Part shown: positions 26,593 through 40,399 of the stretch, one piece after another
How positions within the stretch are numbered: position 1 is the stretch's first letter
Layout of the letters: the number at the start of each line of letters is the position of its first letter
From: Octopus vulgaris
Taxonomy: Eukaryota
Length of the DNA: 64,000 nt
Assembly (NCBI GenBank): GCA_951406725.2
Contig: OX597815.1
Coordinates: 171,430,001-171,494,000, forward strand
Direction of reading: 5' to 3'
The notes under the pieces: model-generated
Seen by the model: the letters and a program-made list of their open reading frames with translations, nothing else
The model's database searches: none
What the model was told of the DNA's origin: nothing
Translations under genes and position numbers: made by a program

Positions 26593-27135
26593 TTTCCTGA
26601 TAAGCAAACAAACGGTGAAAACGTCAATTTATCGTTTTTTCCTTCCTTTTTTTTATGAATCCATCGTCTCCATTTAATCGCCTCCAATTCAGTGTCAACC
26701 GAACTCATAGCCAAACCAAGTCATCGGCGATCAACTTAGCCTCAAATGACTTACTCTCAAAACTGAAATTCAAAGAGATTAAATGAGATTTGAAAACACC
26801 TTTATTCAAAATAATTTCTCTCAATCAAAAACCTTTTAACCACTGAAAGATTGAAAAATAAAGTAAACGTGTAGACTAAAGTTTTTGTTATACTTCTATT
26901 TTTACCCTTTTATTTCCAAGCTGCGTCATAATGTCTTTATTAAACAATTTTGTCTCTTAAGAAGCTCACTTTGTGACCACTTGCATTCCGATTCACTTCT
27001 GCTGTATTATAACCTCTTGTAGACCAATGTTTTGCGGAGAAATTTAGTAAACGGAAACAATGTGGAAGACCGTCGCATATGTGTGTGTGTGTGTGTGAAT
27101 GTATGCATATATGTGTCTGTATATATAAATATATA

Positions 27136-27231
<96 letters not shown>

Positions 27232-27503
27232 CATGTGTGTGTGTGTGTTAGTGTGCATCTGTCATTGCCCCCAACACCACCTGCTTAACGACCGGTTTTG
27301 ATTTATGTCCCTGTAACTTAATGGCCCAGCAAGAGACAACCGATAGAATAATGACTTGACTTAAAGATTAAATCCTGGGATTGACCTCTTCGACTAAAAC
27401 TCATCAAGTTGGTACCCCCAGCATGGTTGCAGTCCAATGACTGAAACAAGTATAAGAGAATAGATCTCAAAATACTCCATTTAAACTACACGACTCTAAA
27501 ATA

Positions 27504-27810
27504 TGGAGGCGCAATGACCCAGTGGTCAGGGCAGTGGACTCGCGTTTTCGATTCCCAGACCGGGCGTTGTGTGTGTTTATTGAGCGAAAACACCTAAAGC
27601 TCCACGAGGCTCCGGCAGAGGGTGGTGGCGACCCCTGTTGTACTCTTTCGCCCCAACTTTCTTTCACTTTTTCTTCCTGTTTCTTGAGTAACGCTGCGAT
27701 GGACTGGCGTCCCGTCCAGCTGGGGGGAACGCATACGCCACAGAAACCGGGAAACCGGGCCCATGAGTCTGGCTAGGCTTGAAAAGGGCGCATAAATAAA
27801 AATAAAAAAA
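27504..27810 (+). mobile_element. tRNA-derived SINE family C (V-domain-like motif)
   Basis: tRNA-like head ggaggcgcaatgacccagtggtcaggg...ttcgattccc; gcgatggactggcgtcccgtccag motif as I recall it for V-SINEs; A-rich tail. Confidence 0.8.
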
Positions 27811-28090
27811 CTCTAAAATATAATATCAATTTTAAAAAATATTATTAGTTCGCTACTGTGTCTCATGTTATTGCTAACCAACTAAATCATCACCAAACTA
27901 ATTCATTGTTTCAAACGATTTAATTAACAAGCTCACAAGCCCGCTGAAATCTGTCAACTTTAACTCTTATTGACTTTTGGCATTGGCAGCTTCAATTCAT
28001 ATCATTTGTTCACAGTGGTTTATGTTCTGACTGTTGAAATTTTTCGAATTAGCGCTTTACAATGAAGTGTGTTTTAAAGCAAAGAAGCTA

Positions 28091-28745
28091 CCGTAAATCC
28101 TCGAGTATAATCCGCCCTTGAGTATAATACGCAGGGGATTTTTAGGGGGCTGTACCTCCGAAAAACCTAAACCTTGTGTATAATACGCCACCCTTCTCTT
28201 ACTTGAGTCAAGGAGGTCTATATAACGTCCTTGGTTTGTAAAAATGTATACGGTAACGTCCTTTATTATTATTGTATATATAACATAATGCAAACGCGTA
28301 GCTTTTTTGTGCATTTTGTTTGCAGAAAATAAAGAATAACAATAATAACGGTAATAATGTTTAATAAATGTTGCTTACTACAAGTTACGGTAACGTCCTT
28401 TATTATTATTGTATATATAACATAATGCAAACGTGTAGCTTTTTTGTGCATTTTCTTTGCAGAAAATAAAGAATAACAATAATAACAGTAATGTTTAATA
28501 AATGTTGCTTACTGCAAGTTACGGATGATTCTTTTATGACTTCATTACTTTCAGGCTTAGCTTAAGGTATTTTCGCGCCCGACATCACAAAATGTGTCTG
28601 AATAAACATTGCCGGACAGCAAATAGAGATTCGGACATTGCTTAGAAAATAATTTTCATTTTAAACTTCGTATATAGTACGCACTAGGGATTTTGACCTT
28701 TAAATTTTTGGGGAAAAAATGCGGATTATACTCGAGGATTTACGG
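28091..28745. mobile_element. pogo/Tigger-type MITE with an internal ~137-bp tandem duplication (28249-28525)
   Basis: Perfect 25-bp TIR ccgtaaatcctcgagtataatccgc, TA flanks. Confidence 0.88.
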
Positions 28746-29068
28746 TAAACATTTTCGCATATTGATTCGTAGCCATTTGTTAGTTTGGTAGGGTTGTTAT
28801 TTATCTTTATCTCATATCGTTTACTTGGTTCAGTCACTGAACTACTGCCATGCGGGAGCACCGCCTTACAGGGCTTAATGAAACAAATCGACCCCAATTT
28901 TTTATAAGCCTGCCACTTATTCTATCTGCCACTTTTGCCGAACGGCTAAGTTACGGGGACCTAAACAAAGCAACACAAGTTGTCAAGAGGTCGTAAGGAA
29001 CAAACACAAACACCAAGACACCTACACACACACACACACACACACATACACACGCGCATATATATATA

Positions 29069-29134
<66 letters not shown>

Positions 29135-29299
29135 CAGTTTCCGTCTACCAATTCCACCAAAAAGGCTTTGACCGGTCTGAGGCTACAAAAGAAGCCCAGT
29201 GCCACGCTGTGGAACTGGACCCAGAATCAAGGGGTTGAGAAACAAACATGTTACCACAAGTCTCTTTTTGTCCGTTTATGTTTGTTTGTTTGTTTTACT

Positions 29300-29518
29300 A
29301 TTTTACTCTTTTACTTGTTTCAGTCATTTGACTGCGGCCATGCTGGAGCACCGCCTTCATTCGAGCAAATCGACCCCAAGACTTATTCTTTGTAAGCCAA
29401 GTACTTATTCTATCGGTCACTTTTTGCCGAACCGCTATGTTACGTGGACGTAAACACACCAGCAATGGTTGTCAAGTGATGTTTGTGGGGGGGGTGACAC
29501 ACAGACACACAAACATAT

Positions 29519-29573
<55 letters not shown>

Positions 29574-29733
29574 TACGACGGGCTTCTTTCAGTTTCCGTC
29601 TACCAAATCCACTCTCAAGGCTTTGCTTGGCCTGAGGCTATAGTAGAAGACACTTGCCAAAGGTGCCACGCAAAGGGACTGAACCCGGAACCATGTAGTT
29701 CGTAAGCAAGCTACTTACCACACAACCACTCCT
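29300..29733 (-). mobile_element. SINE B, preceded by an older copy at ~28815-29250
   Basis: Collinear homology to 1980-2430. Confidence 0.85.
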
Positions 29734-30390
29734 TAGCTTTATATAAATTTAGTACATGTCGGAAAATCTGCATCAAATATTCACACAAAATTAAGTGATT
29801 TAGCGAAATTCAGAAATAATTATATGCGTGACTATTTAATTTATAAAAGCAGAAGAAGTAGGAGTGGTTAGAACAATTAAAACCGAGCTGAAGATCAATA
29901 GCCCGCATGTACTAATTCAGTAAATTTGGCCATTGTTTTCCCAATAGTACAAGTTTTATTAAAAACTTCGTCTTTTCTGAAAAACTCTTAGGCAGAAACT
30001 GAATAAATTTAGGGCGCCACACACCACCTCAAAATAATCAGTTGACTTTCTACATTTTTATTTTTGATGAATATGCACCATAAATAAATCAGTACCAAAG
30101 CTGTGTATATATTTACTGTGAGAGACGTCCTCATTGACTTTCTGTGCGTAAACGCACTCTTGTTTATATTGCTAGTGGGGAAATAAATTAACGGCCACCG
30201 CCAGCACCGAGAACACCAGATCATGTGATTTCGGCCTTTCCTGACCTTGTCAATGGTGGGCGCAGTATTCTGTGGTCTAACAGAACAACCACATTTATGT
30301 AGGGATAAATATTACCTTTTGTTATTAACACTACTTCATATATATGCATTTATACATGTATATATGTGTGTAAGTATGTAAGTATGTATG

Positions 30391-30427
<37 letters not shown>

Positions 30428-31801
30428 ATACATACATACATACATACATACATACATACATACATACATACATACATACATACATACATACATAATACAT
30501 GTATATATATATATATATAGTCAAATCAAAGAACAAACAATTAAAAAAAACATAAAAAACAAAAATACCAGCGTGAGGACGCGCAAAAGCGATATATCAA
30601 ATTGACATTCGGTGAAAGGAGAGAGTTGTTAACGTTTCGAGCATAGCTCTTCGTTGGAAAAGAGAAACATCCAAAGAGAAATAAAGAAAAACAATCCATG
30701 TGCGGTTACAGTTCTGAAGTGACCGGAAGTGGAAGGAGAATGAGAAAGTAGTTTTTGGGACAGGAGAGTGTAAAGATGGCCATTTTGTGTGTGGGGGGTG
30801 GTAGTAACTGTATGCGTGCGTGTGTGTAGTAGCGTATGTGTGTGTGTGTGTAGTAGTAACTCAGGGTGTGTGTGTATGTGTGTGGCAGCGCGCGTGTGTG
30901 TGGTAGTAACCCGGTGTGTGTGTGTTTGTGTGGGTCGTCTGTGTGTGTGGGCGCGCGATAGGATTTGTGTGCGTGTGTGTTAGAATTGTTGCTGTGTGTT
31001 AGTATGCCGCTGTGAGAGGTCAATCACAAGTCAGCAGCTGTGGTGAAAGGTGTGTGAAATGGGTGGGTGTGGCTGCGTGCGTAGACGGAGTAGTTAATAG
31101 TCAGTCAATTTCTTTATTAACCATGAGGTTGAGAAAAAGAGGGGGCGTTAAGAGGACGGCGGCAGTCTTGAAAGGTGTGTGAATGGGTGGGTGTGTCTGT
31201 GTGTGTGTGTGTATGTGTGTGTTGGCATGTGTGCGTAGGTGGAGTGGGAATGTGAGTGTGTGTGCTTATGCATATCGGTGCGTGTGTGTATCTTTCTGTG
31301 TGTCACCGTCATCTGTCTGTCTCTCTTTCTATATATATATATATATATGGGGGGGGTGGACGTATTTACGTGTGGGTATGTGTGTGTCTATGTATGCGTA
31401 AATGTGTGTGAATGCGTATGTACGTGAGTGTATATGTGTGCATGTGTGTTTTCGTTGTGTGTGTTGCGTGTGTGGGAGTGCGTGTGTGTGTATATGTGTA
31501 TCCATGTGTATGCGCGCGGGTGTGTGGTGTATGGTAGGGTGTGAGTGTGGTGTGTGATAGGGTGTGAGCGTATGTGTACGCGTGGGTGTATTTGCACATG
31601 CACACGCGTATGTGCGCGCTAATATTCGCACAACCTATTGGGCCGCTGAAATCTACAAGGTTTTTTTTTTCTCTGTTTATTTTCTGTTGAAGAACGTAGG
31701 CTCGAAACGTAAAAGACTTTTTCATTTCTCCTAAGCGTCAAACTAATACACTTCTTTGTTCATACACCTGCCTTCGTGTTTTGTTTTTCAATAAATTTCA
31801 A

Positions 31802-31853
<52 letters not shown>

Positions 31854-33344
31854 TTGTGTGTCTGTGTCTGTGTCTGTGTCTGTGTGTGCGCGCGTGTGTG
31901 TGTACACGCACACGCATGCGTATGCATAAATTTATCGAATAACTTTTCATCGAATTAACTTTGTATTGAAGTGTCTTTTCATCAAATGACCTTTCTAATG
32001 AAACTACCCTAGAGCAATTTTACAAATGTATATATTTTCTAGAAGATTTTTTTTCCACCGTCCACCTTTTTGATTTGAATGTTGACACAGCGATCCAGGC
32101 AAACATGTTACCAGGGCTACTACGAAGACTTATCTATAAAATTAAGCGTAAGTAAAGTAAGTTTTATTTTATCGAACAAATGGCAGGTGGTAACGATGGT
32201 CCATCGAGAAGAAAGACATTACGGTGCTGTTAACGAACCAGTAAAGAACATTGTTAACAGGTATCATGCAGTTAGTCACTGATATAAGCATTAATTATCT
32301 TCGTTCTATACCGCCATACAACGTATGAAAGAAATCTTTTAAATTTGTTACTTGTTCTTTTTTTTAACTGCTTAAATAAATGAAAAAAAGACTACAGGTT
32401 TTGTTTCGCTTCCAAATCTATTCTATATTTCAAATTATTCTATGAAATGTCATCTCGATAAAATAAACTCGATCTATGTAAAGCAGTGCCAGGTATGTGT
32501 CAATGTATGCGCGCGCGCACACATACACACACAGAGACGCATCGGAGAAATGAATGAGTGAATTACAATTAATTGACTATTACGATGGCCATTTATTTGA
32601 TATGAATTATAATGTCGTCACGATATATCAGATTAGCATGTGTAGCGAGCTGCTTGTGTACACATTATTTGTTAATGCAGTAAAAAGTATTCTATGAGGA
32701 ATATTGAGCGAAATCTAGTAACCAATTGATCTAACAAGCGAAGTCTCATTTAAGTGAGGCGAGGCCGATGTGCACTGATGCGCATCCTCTCCTGCTGACC
32801 CCATAAGCTTGCTAGCATCCAGTATGCGGAGCTTTCAACTGCTGACACTTGCATCTGCAAGTTGTTTGCAAAAGATCAAATGGTTCAGTCTGTACCGGAG
32901 CTAGTTTCATCTCTGTGCTGCAAAAAAGAAGGAAAGTGTAATAATGCCTTTATAAATAGACTGATAAGTTTACGTTCACACACCTGCTCTTCGGCGAGGG
33001 CTGAATGACCTAAATTGAGAGCTAATTCAACTCTTTTTCTTTATAATCCACAAGAGGTCAACACAGAGGGGGAGCTAATTCAACTCGTGTGTGACAGGTT
33101 ATTCTCCTGGTTTGACGTCACATTATCAGAGAAGTGGACTTAACATTTGGCCGTAAATTGATCTTTGACAATTAAAGTAGGTCAACCGAGAATAATAGAA
33201 TTTCTCTACAATTATTTATCTTGACCCTCTCGTGACCAGAGAAAAATCAAGAGGTCAATTTAATCATTAATATCCAAATGCAGAGAGGAGAAAACGATGA
33301 CCGGAAATTTGTTTGACAATAAATATGTGGTTTCAGTTTCGAAT

Positions 33345-33427
33345 CCACTTAGCTATACTGTACCACTTAGCTATACTGTACCACTTAGCTATACTGTACC
33401 ACTTAGCTATACTGTACCACTTCGCTA
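33345..33427. repeat. 18-bp minisatellite (ccacttagctatactgta), 4 full units plus a partial
   Basis: Read directly. Confidence 0.95.
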
Positions 33428-34225
33428 CGTCTCTATATTTGTGTATTTTGTTTGCTTTTGTTTGCATGTTTATATATTGCTGGTGTACATATACATATAT
33501 ATATATTGCTGCTGTTTTATGAAAGTTTCATATTTTGCCGTTGAAAGCTCGAAATAGAGAGTAATTAACAGTCGACAACTGAGGAGAGGTTAGACTTCTT
33601 TTGGTATTTTGTCACGTACTTGTCTCTCATTATGTGTTTTCACTTGTTGATGTCCTGTTCTTATAGTATCTTTTGGGGTATTTTGTCCTGTACTTACTCC
33701 TCGTGTGTTTACGTATTTTCCACTCCTTGGTGACGTCCTCTACCTGGTGTATTTTATATTTATTTATTTAGGATCGAACGCCACGTAGCCTTGTGCACAG
33801 TAGGTTTTTACTTTTTTTTATAATTTCTGCGACTTTACTCACTGTTCCCTTTCTTTCTCGCTATCCTTCTATAATTTTCCGTTTCTCCCCCTCCTTATTT
33901 GCTGTCCCTGTCTATCTTCCTCCGCTCCCTACTTTCTTTCATTCTTTCTCCCTTCTCCCCACTCACTTTGTTTCGTTCCCTCATCTTCTCTCTTGTCCCC
34001 CTTCTCCTCTGCCTGTTCGCTCTCACATAACTACAGGCCATTTCTCTAGCCTCTGTCTTTTCCGGACGTGACGTCCACATCGCTGGATGTAATTTTTCTC
34101 GCCTCCCGACATTTTTCTCTTCTACTTATTCTATATCCTTTCGAAATTTCTCCCAGGCGTTACCCATTACAATGCGCCTGGGCTTGACGGCCCTTAATGT
34201 TTGTCTTCGTCTATTGTTTACTCTG

Positions 34226-34277
<52 letters not shown>

Positions 34278-34942
34278 CATTAAAAAAACGCAGAAAAAAG
34301 AAAAGAAAAAAACGACACGGGAACGTTGTACATACAAAATATTAATTAATAAGACACTTAGAGAAGGGAAGAAAAAGTGGTTGCTTTACGTTTCGAGCAT
34401 AGCTCCTCTTCGGAAACAGAATACATGAGAAAGTCCAAAAGAAAAGGAGCAAGGAGGAAAAAAATCGCCAACAGTATACGTGTATTATATTTTGTTATGA
34501 CTGGAAGTACATGGACAAAGAGAAAGAGCTTTCTGGGACAGGAGAGTGTGAAGAATGGTCGGTATCTTTGTGAATGTGTGGGTGTGTGCGGTGGTATATG
34601 AATGTGTGTGTGTTTGTGGTAGTATTGCGTGTATGGTAGCGTGTATGTGTAGCAATAACTGAGTGCGTGTATGCGTGGTAGCGTGTGTGCATGTGGTGGT
34701 AAGAGTACAATAGGTGACCCGCGATATGGCGAGGGATTACTGTATACATATACATATACATACATGAATAGACGTAATATATATATACGCATACATATAT
34801 GCAAACATTGGATTGTTGGCGACTTTTTCCTCCATCTTCCTTTCCTGTGTCTCCTGTTTCTGAGGAAGGGCTTTACACGAAACGTAAAACTCCCTATCTT
34901 TCCTTCTCTAAGCGTATATATTTGTGAGTGTATGTGTGTATG

Positions 34943-34987
<45 letters not shown>

Positions 34988-35034
34988 GCACACACACGCA
35001 CGCACACACACTCACACGCACATACACACACACT

Positions 35035-36220
35035 TGAGGGTGTGCTGAAAAACTCATTGGTTGACTATGTAGTAGCGACGCTAGAGCTGCGAAATCTTGC
35101 ATGCATTTATTTTAACTTTCTTATTATTAACAACTGCATTGTTTGTTTCCACGTAAACTGAAAACTGCCTGTTCAAAGAAGACTGCAGAAGTAACGAGTA
35201 GCGACTTCTCTTGAAAATCGACAAAGTTTGAAATCGTGGTGTTATCAAGTAAAAGAGTAAAAGAGTTTAGCTGCCACGACATTCATACTGACATGGTTGC
35301 TATATTAGGAGATGAGGTTCTTGACATGACTAAGGTCTCTGCTCAGTGAGTGTCACGTCTTCTGACATCTGATCCAAATCGCACGAGGCTGATCACATCA
35401 CAGGTAAATCTGACATTCTTTGAGGCAGATCCAGCTGGTTTCCTTGAATATTTCCTAACCCAGGATGAGTGTTGGGTTCATCATTTTGAGCCAAAGACAA
35501 AGAAACAATCCAGATGTGGATGGATGCTTCCACCCGTCCTCATCTACTCCAAAGAAGGCCAGAGGAAGGAATGCAAAAGGCATTGTCTTTACTAACTATC
35601 TTCAAAAGGGTCACACCTGCAATGGAGAGTACTATGCTAACTTGCCGAGGCAGTTACAAAAGGCTTTCAAAACCAAAAGCCCACGAAAACTGACGAAAGA
35701 GGTCTTGTTTCATTGGGACAATGCTTCAGTACACAAGTCTTTTGTTTCAATGGCTGCTGGGTGTGATTTTGGCTTTGAACTGGTTTGAACCAGAATTGCA
35801 ATGATGATGACTTTATATTTGTTGTTGTTGTTAAGCAACAAGACAGGTAAGGGTGATTAGGTGATGGTCTTAGGTGATTAGGTGAAAGCTTAGGGGCAGG
35901 GGACCCCAGATCTTGGAAAAAAAAAACTTTGATCGTGTTGTAGTTTAGGGTTCTTCGTTGACGCCCGACACCACTGGGAGGTGGCCCTCGAAGACGCTGG
36001 AAATGGAGATCTCCAGGTCCAAATTCTTGAACGGCTGTTGTTGTTGATGATTTGGGTGGGGGAAACAGAATGAAAACTTCTTCACCAATCGAATATCCAA
36101 GCACTACAATACCGACGGAAGAATTGCATGGACCGCAAAGGGGCCTATATTGAAAAATAAACCCTAATAGTTCCCATTCTATGGGAGTATTTTCGTCAGC
36201 CTATGAACTTATCAGCCGAC
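35035..36220 (+). mobile_element. Degraded mariner (irritans/Himar-like) with an unrelated internal insertion at ~35790-36110
   Basis: TQDECWVHHFEPKTK, KGIVFTNYLQKGHT, LFHWDNASVH fragments; TIR-like gtgctgaaaaactc / gaacttatcagccg. Confidence 0.8.
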
Positions 36221-37279
36221 TACCATAGATATTAAAGCTTTACAAGTCAACATTGTGTCTTAATTTTTATCTTAATAGTACGATATTCTCATTTTTAAGT
36301 TATAAACTATAGATTTTCTATAGCATTCAGAGCCAGCACTGTAATTACGACGTTTCGTACACGAATACGTCTATGTCTACGTATTCGTTTACGTAAAATA
36401 AGTGGTGGACTCGATTTGTGAGTGATACAGCAATACTAAGTGACGTCATTGAGTTGTTTCGACTTCATATTCGTCGACCTAAATTTAAGTTTCTTTTTCT
36501 CTTTTTCATTTTATAGAAAGCAAATTATATAGACGTCATGGCCTTTCACTGGTTATAAAGTGCAGCTTCTCCTTTACCACTAAACTTAGAAAATAGATCC
36601 ACCACTTCATTAAAAACTTTGTATTAGCAATAACCATAGCAATCAGCCAAAACTTTGTTAATATCCTTGATCTGTTTACATTGCTATCTCATCTTTTACA
36701 CAAGCCAAATGAAACACTAAATTACATACATTTAATGTCGAATAAACTTTTAATCAAACTAATTAAGAATTTCTCGCCTAGATTATCCAGTTTAGTCCCT
36801 TACTAACAACTAACTAAAGCCCATTCTGCATGTTAATAGGGAACCTTAAAACATTGTTATTCCAAAGAAAAATATTATATCATCCGTAAGAAAATAACAA
36901 CAGAGTTCGGAAGAGCAACTTAATCTAGAAATAACAACACTCATAACTACAATTCTTTTCTTTTCATTTAAGTAAACATTTCGTATTGAAATATATGTAA
37001 TGTAAAATATTTAAGAAGAGCATAGTAAAACTCTCGCTCTTCACAATTCTCTGTGTTGACCCACCTATGATTCACCTAACCCAGCTAAACTCAACAAAAC
37101 TAGTACGAGTCTGCCATTCAACAGCTTGACTAAGAATATAAAATATTACTATGAAGTAAACACTATCGATTCAACTAAAAGATGCATCAGTTTCACAGCT
37201 AATTCTTTTGAGATATGCTGCAGTCAACTAAGCTTTTCATATGGCCATAACTAAAGATTCGAAACTCTTTCATCGTATA

Positions 37280-37659
37280 CCAGCAGTATCACCCGGCGTT
37301 GCTTCGACCCTTTAGAATTGGAATTTTTGAAAAGTAAAAAAATTTGCATTATGTAGCTTGTTATTCTCTTTAAGTGAACATTATTCTGGTGGAAATACAC
37401 CGAAAAATGGCGACACAGCAGTCAAAAAATCGTAAAAAATAGGGATTTTCATAAAAAAAAGCACCTTTTTGATGTAAATCATTTTTGGTCTTAACATGGT
37501 CCGATTTGAATTTTATCTTCTACGGAATGAAGAGCAAGCCTTCTTCTATCATACTTTCAATTTTGGTCAACTTACGCCGCAGGGTCTCGGAGGAGGTAGT
37601 GCTAGTTGAAATCTACCAAACCTGCCATACACAGACAACTTCAGCTTTATATAGAGAGA
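37280..37659 (-). mobile_element. Non-autonomous Helitron (family D)
   Basis: Reverse-complement homology to 3286-3647; TC start, CTGG end, A|T site. Confidence 0.85.
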
Positions 37660-38399
37660 TTTGAAACATCAAATATAAATTTAGAATTATTCTTTCCAAG
37701 CTAAACTGGAATATTCTTACCAAATCTAAACTATAACTCGGCGACATCAAGCTGTGTGGATTCTGTTTGATGGAGGTGTCTAAGATTCATTTACTCAAGG
37801 TTACTTTATTGAGCGGACGATCTAAAGTACTGTTTTCTTCCAATCACACACACGATAGCCTCACACACATATACACACGTCCATACGCACACATACGAAT
37901 AGACGAAATGCACATCACTCCACACAATGCACGCACTAGGTTACTTATACACACACACACACACGCTCCCATACGCCCACACAGGCCCACATAATTTTAT
38001 GCTCACCCACACATACATTCGCACGCTCTGCCCCCATTCACGCACACACACATATAATTCTTACACACAAGCGTTTGCGCACCCTTGTTCAGCCAGGTCA
38101 CCGTTATTATCTCCCTTTAAATCAGCCTCTTTCTTCCGGTCATTTCAAGTTGAACCCTTTATCCCTACGTATTTTTTCTTACTCCGTTTTTTTTTTCTTT
38201 CGTCCCCTCTCCATTTTTTTTCCTCAACCCTTTCTGTTAAAGAGCGTAGGGTCGAAACGTCAAAGATTTTTCCCAAACTAATGCACCTGTTTATTGTTCC
38301 CACACCTGCCTTCGTCTTTTGTTTTCTGTAGATACATATATATAAGAGCAAAACGCCTCCCCCCCACCCCGTCCAATGGACGGTGCTGAATCATATCTG

Positions 38400-38893
38400 C
38401 TGAATAAAAAGCAATCCGTGTTTTCGTTTCATTAAAAACTAATTACGCATGCCTTTATTTCAATAAAATTTTTGATTTTGTTAAACGAAGTTAAGGCAAA
38501 AAAAAACATCTTGAGAAACCTAATAGACTTTCCTTCCTTCATGCCAAGTTTGAAGAAAATATTTCTTTTGCATCTTACTTTTTTGGTCTCTTAAATATAC
38601 TGCATTTCGTGGCATTATTTCAAGCCAGCCGGCTTTTTTTGCGCAAACTGCACGTGCATTTTTCTCGCGTACGCGTAGTATCGATCACAACAGCTGATGT
38701 ACTTGCGCGTACAAATGCACGTTCCCACGGCTTTATCGATCGCATTCTCACCTGGAATAAATTTTTGTAATTTTTTCAAGACTTATACACGCCCTGATAC
38801 CGTCGGTATCGACATATAAAATTTGAGCGCAATCGGATGGAGGATGCCCGAGATCCTAGAAGACACACACACACAGACAGACAGAACGGATTT

Positions 38894-38897
<4 letters not shown>
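38400..38897 (-). mobile_element. Possible second Helitron-like non-autonomous element (microsatellite-bearing 5' end)
   Basis: Minus strand begins atataaaatccgttctgtctgtctgtgtg...ccgattgcgctcaaattt, similar in architecture to family-D 5' ends; 3' end not identified. Confidence 0.35.
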
Positions 38898-38945
<48 letters not shown>

Positions 38946-39621
38946 TTCACAGCCAAATCTTATTTTTTATTTTTGACATACACGCCTACACCTGTTGTAC
39001 AAACTGTAATACATGTATATTGTTCTTTGAATCTGACCCTATATTTTAATAGCCCTTCTTGTTTGCATTCAGCCAAAGTGTGGCCCATCTGGTTTATATT
39101 GTGAGTTATCTTTTGGTCGCCAATACAAACGTTAAGATTACTTTTGTTTAAATTGATCATTTTCTGTGTTAGTATTACTTGTTTTATTACCGAAATTAAG
39201 GTATCTTTGTATTGACAATGTCCTTACTAATATTTTATCACAACAATACATGCCATTATCAATTATTGATCGCTAAGCTGAAATAGGCATGATGACATGT
39301 TTATTAAAAAGGTATGTTTTACATTTCAAATGTGTGATGAATTATTCATTAATAATTAACCATCGTTGTTACTTTATCCAGTGTTAGGAAAATAATACAT
39401 ATTTAGTTTATCTGTGTTTATAAACACTATAAATAGTTCTCTGTTGAAAAGAGATAAATGTTCTATTTTCATAAAAATGTAAAAAATGTATAATCTAATC
39501 AGCACGATCACATTCCCAGCTCTAATGACTTTATTATTAACTATATGCTACGAGACTCTATTACATACATATCAAAATATAAAACTTAAAACTGAAGAGT
39601 TTATTATAATATATATTATAT

Positions 39622-39695
<74 letters not shown>

Positions 39696-39939
39696 GTGTG
39701 TGTGATTGTGTATAGAAGAATATATTAATAAAAAGAATTCCAACCTTGTCTGATTTTCACGTTTTATTTACAATCTTATAATGATATATTATAAGATAAT
39801 ATATTATAATTGAATAAAATAAAATGAAATAGTAGAATGTTAAATATTCATTCTGATTGAACTAGTACTTTCATGCATTGAATTCTGCAATCTTCGGGTT
39901 CATGTAGTAGTGTTGACAGTCATGCTTCACAATTTTTGA

Positions 39940-40002
<63 letters not shown>

Positions 40003-40399
40003 ATTTTTCTTTAGGTTTAATTAAGTTCTTGAGAGGATTCAAGTTGGTTGCTCACAAATCAACAAGACTTTGAATTAAGAGGGTTCCTGATGCTTGTTAA
40101 TATGTGGTATGTATGCATGTGTGTATATTCTTTCCTCGTTGCGTTCATTGAACTATGGGTATGCTATGACATCGCTTTAAAGGATTTGTCGAACTAAATG
40201 CCCCCAATAGCCTATCTTAAGTCCAGTACTTATCCTAGCTGTTTTTCGAACCACTAAGCTACGTGGACATATTCAAACAACACGATTCGCCCACACGAAA
40301 GCATGCGAGCTCGTACGCACACATGCACATTTAATAAGTGTATATATGTGTGTCAGTTGTTCCCTCTAGTTAGAAAAGTGCCCTCTCTTATTAAACTTT

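Noticed and set aside
33345-33427. CRISPR-like or coding repeat (PLSYTV)n
   Set aside because: Identical units with no spacers in eukaryotic DNA; an ordinary minisatellite.
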